The translations under genes and the position numbers were made by a program. From the IMG/VR virus record IMGVR_UViG_3300028591_000009, positions 1 to 64,000 of that record: DNA of 64,000 bases; one strand, written 5' to 3'. Numbering within the stretch: position 1 is the first letter of the stretch; each line of letters starts with the position of its first letter. This document shows positions 23,601-35,614 of the stretch, piece by piece. This DNA is from a virus (lineage: Duplodnaviria; Caudoviricetes). The notes beneath the pieces are model-generated. The model saw only the letters and a list, made by a program, of their open reading frames with translations. It made no database searches and was not told where the DNA came from.

Positions 23601-26600
23601 GAAATTCCGTCGTTAAGAATGACAGAAGATGATATACAAGATATTACCGGAGATTCTGATAATGTCGGTATAGCAAATTCTAATAACAACGTACAACTTA
23701 TAAACAAAGGTGAAGATAAGTCTATCTTGTGGAAGTTTAAGAGTACGTAGGCAGGAAGTATATTCTTATTACATACATTTAATTTTGCAGAATATCCTGA
23801 CGGAGGTCAGATTCCTGTAAAACTCATACCGGCAAAACTAGATAAGTCTGATATCGATGTAATAATAGATATACTTAAACAAAACGCATCTGGTATAGCT
23901 ACAGGATTTAGAGGAACTCTTACTTCTAGATACCATACCAAAGACGGAAAAGAATCTCCTATTACAAACGAAGACATCCTCAGAATGCTTACAACATACG
24001 ATAATAGACCTAGCGATAGATCTTTGTTCTATGTTGACGATTATGGCCGTGTATTCTTTAGACAAAGACAGTCTGACAAAATGCCACAACCAATTGATAT
24101 TCTTACTGCGTCTGGAGAACAGACTCTAAGATCCTTACTGAGCAATGGGTACGAAGTCGCTTAGAATAGAGATGTACTTAGCGCACAACTAGGCAATCAG
24201 ATGGATCAGATGTTTAGTGGTCTTAAAAAATGGATTAAAGAGAATGGAAGTCTGGTTATAAGTAAGAATTTGGTATTTGATGAACAGGATGTAGATAGAA
24301 ACGGAAGAGGTTTTAGTGGTATAGGATGGTCTATCAGACACGGTAGATTATTAAGCAACCTCAGTGGTATATACGAACCGTCGATATCTTTATCAGATCC
24401 AAGAATTGATAACGGTACGTCTACTGCACAGGTAGAACAATCTTCTGAAGAATCTACCGAAACAAGAGAAGAGCGCATAAGAGATCCATTTGCATCTGGT
24501 CTTTTGAATAATCAATTTGAATTTGGTGTTGATTGGTATGCTACAGAAGAACTTCCAGAAGAAACTCTAACAGAAGAAGAAGCTAGAAAAGATATTGCGT
24601 CTATTTTAGGGGATGCTGCTGTAGAGTTTGTCGAGGATATTATTTGTATATTGGACAATGGATTAAAAGCCCTAGGTGCTACTTTAGATAATGTTATTAT
24701 ACTTAGTAAATTAGCAGGTGCTGGGACACAATTCCACGAGGCGTTCCACAAAATAATAGAACTTCTTATAGACGATAAGACTAGACAGAGGATATATAAA
24801 GCGTTTAGTAATTTGCATCCGGAAATAGATCCAAACAATGCAAGATAGATAACAGAAGGTCTTGCAGAAGACTTTAAGGCTTACGCTAGAAAAGAAAAAT
24901 CTTCTTCAAAATGGTCTAGATTCTGGAGACATATTTGGAAATTTATAACGACTATGTTTAATGCAGATAAGCGAGTGCTATATAAAATGTACAGAGACGC
25001 TTATCGTGGAAAATATAAGAATATAAAACCATCTCAAGAAAACATCGATCGTTTTAATAGGATATTTGATATATCTAAAGAAGAACGAGGTGTTTTGTAT
25101 CATACAATATATGATGCTTCGACTGGAGAAAACATAAACCTTCCAAATGTTCCATCTGATGTAGATTATAGAGACGCTATCAACACAATAGTTGATTATA
25201 TTGTATCAGAAAGTGGCGCCGGTTTGTTTGGTGAGAAGGTAACCAAAATACAGTTTACAAAAGAGCGTGTATAGAAACTTGGCAAAGACGGCTCAGTATA
25301 TAAGAAACTGATAGGCGGAAAGAATCCAGATGACATCAATAAAATATTTATAGATATTTTTAATAACTGGGATCATGTTTTGGGCGATGTTGTTTTAAGC
25401 CTCAAACGCTTTGGATTGCATTTTAGACACAACAAAGGTACAAACGAAATAGAAACATTTAAGACAACGTTGTCTGATATAGAAGAGACAGCAAAGAATG
25501 AGGCTGATGAAAGTAAAGCAAAGAGCGCAGATATAAATCAGTACGAGCTTGCGGACTATGAGATATCTAAAATACAAAAAATGTCCGAAAGAACTAAATA
25601 TTTCTTTGCTACTATTCCTGATATACGTTTTGTAGAAGAGTTCGATGAAGAACCGATGTACGTTGTTGAAAAGAATGTATATGGAGAACAGATAGATGCT
25701 AAGGGACGCGTTATAAAAACAGATCCAGAAACAGGTGCTAGATATATAGAAACTAAAGAAGGAGAAGTTATACACGTTCCTAGCAAAGACGGCCAACCTA
25801 TAAGTACTGCGCAAGTGCCTATAAACATGGTAAGAAATACAAAACCTGTATATAACAAGTTTGGATTCCCACAATTTGCTCCGTTCTACAATACATGTAA
25901 AGTTGCTCTGAATAGATGTTATTCTGCAAATAGCCTTGAAGAATTACTACAATTATTTATAGACGCTTCTACAGAATTCCCAGTTTTTGTTACAATTGCT
26001 CAGCGTTTTGCGTCTTTGTTAAATAATATTAAACTTAGAGGTAAGAAAGGAACTTATATAACAACAGACGGTAAGGAATATAGAAGGCTGAATAATGGTT
26101 TGTTCCAAGAAGTTATAGGCAAAGATAAATACGGAGAAGAATATTATACGGTCGACGAATTGGATTTCAAAAAGAATCGCAATAATCAAGCAATGGCTGT
26201 ATCTATATTCAATAACATTTCTGGTACAAGATTGCATTTCTTTAACATTATGAGTACTAGACCTTCTCCAAACTCAATTGTATTTTAGAGAATGGACACA
26301 GAAGGCGGGTATTCTGCCAGAAAGTATACTTAGGCATGGCACGCATTGTTTATAAACGATATAAATAAGGTGCGTCCTGCAGAAGTTATGCGACATGGAG
26401 AATAGATCGTAATATATACAGCAACAAATAAGAATCTGTTTAAAGATGTAGCAAACGAACTAAAGCTTATTGTAGACAGCTATACAGACAGACGGAGCGT
26501 TGGTTGGAGAACTGGAGAAATAAAACTTGGCGGAAAGGTTGTTTATGTTAATCGAGACCCAGAAGCAGTTAAGGCTTATTATTTAAAATTATTAAATACT

Positions 26601-29600
26601 ATAGGCATTACTGTTACCGCTAAAGAGTTTAATCATCTATTGTTCGAATTATTTGGAAAGACCGATATTCATGCTTTACGTAAGTATTTCCAGCAAGATG
26701 GCGAAGACTTTGGTAGAACAAAAGGTGTTAGTATACGTAAACTTATATTGGCTATTGAGTAGGGAATATAGGAAAATGGAGAGTATTCTAGAACAGTTGT
26801 ATCGGGATCATTCTACAGTGCAATTGGTGCAATAACTCAACTTGCTGACGGTATTTGGTCATATAGACAGACGACAAAAGATCTTATGACTAGAGCTCCT
26901 GGTAAGAATAGATATTATCAAGTGGCAAATAGAAATGCGCAAGATGTATTTATGCAGGATCTTAATACTCCCGATAGCAAAATGCTTAGAGACTTCTTTA
27001 GTAGCCCATATCACAGAGGTTCTATAATGATAGATGCTTTAATGAGAGGGGATGTATATCTGAGGAGTAATACTAACGCGGGATATGTCAGTGACAATAA
27101 GAGTGACTTTGGATAGGACTTTATGAGTATTACTGACCCAGAGGACGCAATAAGCAAGATGACACTTCTTATAGAAGGAGACATTACTCCTCCTACACTG
27201 TCTAATAAGAAAACATATCAACCTGTTTAGATTATTGATCGTAAAACAGAGCAGCAAATACAGTTACCTGGTATATATTACATAGCAAATAGAAACAATG
27301 CACAAACTGCAGATGGTACTGCAGAAGTATATAGTGCAACAAATGTTCCAATTCTTGTAGATAAACCATGGGTTAAACGTGCACAAGGTGATTATAGTCT
27401 TGAGGGAAAGGAATTTGTAGTATCTGATTAGGTATATAATACTCTAATCAAATATGCGTTCTCAGAATATTATCAGATAAAGCAGAACATTGAACGCATG
27501 AAGACAATTCCTGAAGGAGAAAAGGTTGTAAACTACGATACTGCTACTAAAGGAGCAAAGATACCTGGAGCATTAAGATTTTCAAGATTCTATGAAGTAT
27601 ACGTCAGAGAAGAGGTTGATGGAAAACAAAAGTGGATAACTGTTAACTTCAACGACAACAACGCGGAATCGTATGAAGATAATCTCAGAAGAGCTGAAGA
27701 AGTATTCTTTGGAAACGATATAACCTACGAGATGCGAAAAGCTATGCTTACTGAGATAATAAACAGACGCCTAGAGGAGAATCTAGAATATTTGGTAACG
27801 CAGGGTATTCTTAAGCATCGTAGTAAAAACTGGAAGAGTCAACCTGTATATTCTAGATATGAACCTGTTGTTATAGATACAGCACACTTAAACGCTATAC
27901 AAAAACAATACGGACAAAAAATGTCTGACCTATATGGAAACGCCGTAATGCGAAGTGTTGCAACATGTGCGTTTGTTTTAGATATAATGCTTAAACACCA
28001 AATAGGTCTCGAAGAATATCAAAGACTGTTTGTTGGTAATCCTGGATTGTTTGTTACTCTGTTTAATGAAGACGGTAGTGTTAAAGATGATACCGGAGAT
28101 CTATCAAAGCGTTTGGGTGGTCATATGTCTACAGGCGAAACTCAGTGTAGATTGGATGATGCTCCAGATGAATACACCGTTGCCGAGTTAAAAGATTTTA
28201 AGACAACTTCTTCGCAAATAACAGAACTTAAAAGTTGGTTTGAAGAAAGTGAATCGCGTTTTGTACTGTATGCAGATAAGCAAAAGTCTATTTCTATATA
28301 GATTTAGAAGTTGAGATCAAATCTACAAGCAATTGCGTTTGATATATTTAAAAAGGCATATAACGCAGACGGTATATTAAGCACATACGAAGACGTATTT
28401 AAATCAATTGAGGATGAATGGGCAGAAAAGTTTGCTTCTGCGTTAGAGGCGATAAGTAAGTCAGAATCAATGGTTGCTTATTCTATAGCCATGAAGACTT
28501 TGCTTGGAATTATAGATTCGTATAAAACCAGTGTTGTGAGTGCTGAATATAAACGACAAAGACAACTGTCTTTACAACAAGTTAAAGACGAACTAGAAGA
28601 AAGAAAACTTCTTACTGGTGTAAACACTCGTATCGCAGCATATACTTCTAATTTCGTTTCTAAGATAAATGTAGCGGACGGTGCTTCTTTTGTAAGCCCG
28701 ATTATGGTCAAATACATGCTTATGAAGATTGGTAAATTTACCGGCAAAGTCGAAAGGGCGTGGGAATCTCTACAGAAAGGAAACGTATTAGACCCGCTAA
28801 AGAGCGCTGTATTATACAAAGAAATAACAGACGCGTTGTTTGGTACATAGAAGTATACCGCTACCGGATATAGAATGAACAATGGCCAACCTATTACATA
28901 TTATACAAAATCAGCATTCTTCCCACTGTTTAGACAAAACGCACACGGAAGAACCAAGGATATTTTGGATAAAATGGAATAGGATAACGTAATGATGCTT
29001 TGTTTTGAATCAGCTAAGAAATTTGGCAGTCAGGGTAAACAAGATTTCCCAACTACTCCAGAAGAACTTAGCAGCTTCCATTTCAATGTATATAAAGAGG
29101 ATTTCAAATATCTCAGAAAACAGTTGAATACCGATCCAAAAGAAGAGAATTTACAATCTGTAGGATCTCAGACAAAGAAGATCGCGCTAACTATTCTAGA
29201 CATATACAAAGATGATTATGTAAAACGTGATGGAACTACAGAAACTGGACAGCAGCTTAAACAAAGAATATTCGACTGCGAAAGAAGCCTTGCTTCTATA
29301 GGATTCTTAGATCTAATGAACAGATTCTCTAGTGTAGAAGAAAAGGCTAAATATCTTAGAGATAATCTTGGAGAACGAGATGCTGATTCGAATATGTTAC
29401 AAGGTTTATCTTTGGTATTAAATCCAGAAACAAGACAAAAGAGAATGCGTGCCCATTTGGAAGCGTTGTCTAATTCTGGATGGATACAGTCGATCATCAC
29501 GTCTCTTGCAAACAAACATATAGTAGATATAAATCTACCAGGTAGTGCATATATACAGAGATCTGTATATGCGATGGAAGACAATAATATTCTTGGTGAT

Positions 29601-32600
29601 AATCAAGTATACGGTATTCCAAAACTACACATATCTAATGACTGGAGTAGCATGGACGCTGTTGTAAGTATTGACTACTTCTATCAGTTCTTCCCTCAAC
29701 TCGAAGACATGTCCTTCGAAGACGCAAGACAGTGGCTTATTGATCACAACGTAATTGGTGAGAATGCAAAAGCTGAAACTGTAGCATATCGTATTCCAAC
29801 ACAGGCAAACTCGTCTATACACGCTCTACGTTTTATAGATGTAATAAGTACGGTAAGAGATACTATCATACTTCCTGAGGAATTTACAGCTATTACTGGT
29901 TCTGACTTTGATATTGATAAACTGTTTTTATCTACAAAATTCTATTCTTTCGACGAAGAGACAGATGTAGTTAGTACGGAATTTGATAAGCTGAAAGATC
30001 CTATGAAACACTTCGGTAATGAACTTCTGGAGTGTTATCTAGAGCTTCTTACGCAGGATAAGAGCAAATATGCAAATCAGCTTGTTCGCTCTATTGACTA
30101 CGATACATCAATTCCTATGAAAGTTGTTAATTTGCTCAAAGAAGGTAAAGTTGATAAAGTTACGGTATACCAAGCTTTACAATTGTGGAAGCAATGTCAA
30201 ATTAAAGCTTTAAATAGAACTGGTGGAATTAGTGTAGGACCTTACGCTTTGAATAATAACAATGAAATAATGACATCGTTGTTTGAAGTAGAAAGCGATA
30301 ATGTAGGTCTTATACAAGCTCTTGATATAAGCAGATTGTATGATAAACTGGACGCAGAAGGAAACTCCGTAATGGCTACAATTGGCGCATTTATTACTGG
30401 TTCTGTGGACATTGCAAAAGACCCGTGGATTGGCGTATTGAATATCAATGAATACACTTACGATATTCATATATATCTCGCTAGAGCGGGCATGGGTTTA
30501 CGTGCTTTGTGGTTCTGTTCACAACCGATAATGCGTAAAGCAGCAGAAGTATACATACGAGCCGGTGGTTATTTGTTTGATAAGAAAAACGAAAGCGTTT
30601 GGGTTCGTAGAAATAGAGCGTTTACTTAGTTGGAAGATGAATATCTGTTGGACGACGATGGTAAAAATGGAAAGGAAGCTGAATCTACGAAACTACTTAA
30701 AGCAGTAAAAGCCTATCGTAATAGATATGACGCTCTTGGCGGTTCTAAAGCAAAAGACGCGTTAAATCATCGTGTTACAAACGCAGTATACGCAATACAG
30801 CAAATATTTGGCGTTTCTCCAGAAGATCCTTCTGTTAAAATAGACAACTTTAAAGACAATAATGGATTCGATCACGAAGGTACTATATTGCAAGATATAG
30901 CACTGTTCCACAATAAAGAAGAAGATATATTTGATCCAGAAGAAAGATATACAATAAAACAAAAAGTTATTACTGAAGACGGAGAGATTATCGATAAAGA
31001 CATAAAAATATCCGTAAAAGATGTTCAATTCTATGTTTATCTTGCTAATATAATGATTGACGATCCTGTATCAGATATGAAAAATCTTGTACAGTATAGT
31101 AAAATCGAAACAAAGAAACAAGGTAAAAATAGAGCGGAACAGTTAGCATATAATCACAAATATGATTCGTTCTTTAGCAGAGGAAATACTAAGATAATGT
31201 TACCAGAAACTGTTCAGAGAATGGTACAAGATTCTAGTATTGATACAAAGCAAAACTTGTTTACTACAGCAGTAGAGTAGATATTAGGAAAAGAGATGCT
31301 GTCTTATACTCCAGCTTACAAGTATTTTACTGAAGAATTTTCTTCTGTAGCTGTACTTCCATTTACTAAGGATGTAATGAAGAGTATTATTGATGGTGTA
31401 TCTTCTTATCAGAAATGGGAATATATTGAACAATATGCTGAGTTAAATGGTATCTCTATAAGAGACTTATTTGTTGGATCTAAGAGCATTTATAATGAGT
31501 TGATGCGAATAAAGCAGCTTATTATAAATTATCCTGCTGTATATAAAAACTATACAGATGGAAACGGAGATATTACAAATGCTCTGCTCGAATCTTTACA
31601 ACCTTCTGATATTCCAGGATATATAATGTAGGACTATGGTAAAACGCTGCCTAAATTTGTTGATTTTGGAGCAATTCAAGAAAATGAATCTAATAGTAAC
31701 AACGATATTATTGCAGGGTGGGCTCAGATGTTACATGACGAAGAACATAAAGATTTGCAACATTTTGCAAAACGATTGATAGTTTATTCGTTTATAACAT
31801 CTGGAGATACAAACAAACCTGGATCATTCTTTAATCTTGTTCCATTCTCGTGGAGAGAAGATGAATCCAAAAATAGGCTCGATTAGTCTTATATACAATA
31901 TATAGATCAGCTTATAAACGATAGCCAAGAAGGTGATGACGAAGGTAAATTTAGAATCTCAGACAGATTAGAAAATGAAGGTATTTATGAGTTGATTCTT
32001 AGAAACAATTGGTTTGATGACAATCTTGTTCCTACTATACAAGAAACATCAAAAGATGATATGGGAAATACCGTAAGTAACTATTTCTAGTATACAGTTG
32101 CCGGAGAACCTATATTAATCTCGTTGGTAAAAACTACTATAGACGGCAATGGAATGAGAAGATTCCATGAGGCAACATTAGACAAACCAAAACTCATAAT
32201 AAAGTTGCATAATTATGACGCTCATAGTTATAACAACCCACAAGACTTCAAGTTGTATAGATTTGTAAGAATGGGTACTGTATTTGATGCTGACGGAGAA
32301 CCAATAAGCTTCCCTATATATGGAAGAATATCATAGATTGGCGGAGTAATGTACGGACATCATATTATTACGTATCGAGACGATCTTGATATGTCTTGGG
32401 AGCGAGATACTAAATGGTATACAGACAATCTTGACGCCAAAATGGTCGAAGGTATTGCTCAAATAAAAGATCAATTTGAAATTGAGTTTAGGAAAAACGA
32501 AGACCAAATAGCAAAAGGTGTTGTTACAAGAGAGGAGTTGAAATTAGAAACTGCCAAAAATATGGTAGAACAACCAATTATGGGTTCATATGAAGATGGA

Positions 32601-35600
32601 ACTCCGATTGGGTATACAAGAAGTAATGCTACTTAGTTCTACGAAATGGTAAAATCCATGTCTATGTATCATGTTTTGTACGATAAGAAAAATGTTAGAT
32701 ACGATCATAATAACTCTCTTAGATCAATTAAAAAACCAGAACCAATAAAAGATTCTAGTAGATATACGCTGCATTCAGGAGGTGCTCCAGGATCAGATAC
32801 ATATTGGGGAGAAGTTGCTACTCAATATGGTATAGACAGTTAGCGTCATTATTATCACGGAGAACAATCTCCTTCTAATGCTCCAAACGCAAATACAAGA
32901 ATAACAGAAGGTGATTATAACGAGGGTAAAAAAGAAGCTGCAGCTGCTGCAAAATATAATTGGGGTTATCAATACGATTCGATGAAAGACGATCGTCTTG
33001 TTCGCAATTGGAGCCAGGTTAAATACGCAGATGGAATATTTGCAATAGGCCATATAGCTAATCCTGGTGATCCTGTATTCCCAAATCAACCAAATGACAC
33101 TCGCAAAGCAATACATCCGTGTGTTTAGGGTGGTACTGGTTATGCAGTAGGAATGGCAATACTTCACTAGAAACCTGTATATGTGTTTGACCAAGAAGAA
33201 AATCAATGGTTTGCTTGGGATGGATCACAATTTAATCCTATAGATACTCCAACGCTAACTCTTAATTTTGCAGGCATTGGAACTAGAGAGATTAACGAAG
33301 CCGGTAAATAGGCAATTAGAGATGTTTTTGAAAAGACGTTTAAAAAGGTTGTAGAAACAAAGTCAGAAGAACAAAAGAAGATAGATATTTGGAGTACTAA
33401 TCACGACAAATATGCAAATCTTTCTAATGTTGCTATAAGATCTATTGATATTACCCCATCTATCGTATCTGTTGTAAACGAGCATTTCCCGCAAAAAGAA
33501 TCTGCAAAAGCTTTAGATAAACTTGATAATATAACAGAAAGTAGAATGATAAATCGCATATTGCGATTAGCTCCAGAAGGATTTGATAAGTTTAATTCTG
33601 TAGAACAACTATTCTAGCTTATTAAGTTCGAAGCAATGAAGCAATTTATAAGAGAATCTGCTAAAGATTTATACGGATTATCTGGTGTAGATATTGCAAA
33701 AGGATCTACTGAAACTGCTGCTGCAATAAAGAGTGTACTGGATGGTATTAAAGATAAGCAGGATAGAATATTTAAGTCCACCGGATCTAAGATTACTTCT
33801 ATAAGCCATGAAATGATACCTGATATTGATGGTATTAGAGATGCGTTCTTTAACGAAAAGTGGAATCAAGGTGGTCCAGATAATGTATTGAACAGTACTG
33901 CATATGCTATTATTCGCGAGATAATGCTACAATCGTTCTTACAAAATACAGGAGCAGCAAAGTTATTGTTGTCTACAGAGGATTCTGAATTGACACACGA
34001 GAAAGGCGGACTTTATTGGAAGACTGGATTCCCAGCTGCGCTTATGAGCGTTCGTGCCGAAATAGCAGAAAACTATAATACCATTAAAGATGTTGAAAGT
34101 AGAGCTCTTACTTTATTAGGTGGAGATGAAATGGCATATAAGGAATATACGACAGCCATTAAAGCCGGAAAAGAAGGAAAGATGTTCTCTGATGTAGAAC
34201 CGTTCTTTACTCCGGAAGAAGCCGAGCAAATAAAATAGGCTATTCCTAATATGAAGTTCATGGGTAATGATGGTAAGCTTATTGTTACTAGTGCTAGCAG
34301 ACACACAGATCCTGTATTCTATGCAACAGAAGTAATAAATATACTTAGAGAAAATTCTACCAAGCCGTTTACCGATCCAACTAGAATAAATGTTATTGAG
34401 TTATGGAGTAAACATGACGGCATACCAATGTAGAACATTCTCGAGGCTTGTAAGAAGTATAGAGTTGCTCCGATGGTATCATTTAGTATTACAACGCTTG
34501 GAAATACAGTATTTGAGCCTGGTGTTATGAAAGCAGACGATTTGCTTGATAATATAGAAAAGCTTATAAATATAGGTATTCTTGATCCAAGGGTTACTAC
34601 TTTTAGAATAGATCCAATTCTTGTTGGCGTTACTAGTATTCAACAGCTTAAACATGTTATAGAACGTGGTGCGAACATGGGTATTAGAAAGTTTGTTACA
34701 TCTCCTGTACAATCGTATGCGTCTATGCCAAATAGAAGCGTAATTCCTTATGTTGACAAAGCTCTCAAGTCTGACAGTGATTCGTTTATAAAATATCCAG
34801 ATGCTGTAACACAGACTGGAGAATACAACTGGATGAAATATTATGGTAAAGATAAACATAGACCACAATACATAGCGTTTACACCAAAAGCTGAATATGT
34901 TAAACCATACATAGACATGTTCCAAGAAATGATGTCTAAATATGGAATATCTATACAAAGCTGTGCTGTACCTATGGCAGGACTTACACCTTCTGCATGT
35001 CTTGACCCAGAAATCATAGAAGCTATTACTTCTCTTAAGACAGATGCAGTAGAGGATGCTACTAGAAAGTTCTGTAAGTGTTACGGTGTACATTCTGATG
35101 TATTTAGATACAATGACGAATGTAAGAGTTCTTGTGTATATTGTTATGCAGGACAAATGAAGACAGATCCGTTTGATTATTATGACGAATATGGAAAACT
35201 AAAAGATTTTGCTTATAGTAAAGTAAATGAGTATTCTGAAATAGAAGACGGTCCTGTTAAAGTTGTAATTCGCAACGACGAATATACACTGAATGGAAGA
35301 GATGTTGTAGACGCAAATGGACAACCTGTTGACGCTGATACCAAAAATCGTGTAATATGGAAACGTGCAGTTGATATAAACAAGGCAAATCTTGTCAAGG
35401 TTGGCGGTATATATTATGTTGTAACAAACACTGGTATTATATTTAACTGGGGTACTGCTAAAGTTGAAAACTTTGGAAAATATGATACCTTAAAGAAGAC
35501 TATTTTAAGAGCTGCACAGGTTCAATATGATAAACCTGTAGTAAGCACTGTATTTAATGCAGCTGAGTTAAAACAACTTGGCGAATCACGTAAAAAATTC

Positions 35601-35612
35601 TGTAAAGTTTAA
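17685..35612 (+). CDS. Giant virion RNA polymerase polyprotein, ~5975 aa with TAG=Gln (TM segment, degenerate PD-(D/E)xK domain, zincin, double-psi-barrel RNAP core, SLOG, NADAR, DUF1848)
   Basis: Single frame with about 54 TAG (hand count) and no TAA/TGA until 35610-35612; DFDID at 29904-29918 preceded by YRIPTQ; HEAFH at 24735-24749. Confidence 0.85.
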
Positions 35613-35614
35613 TT

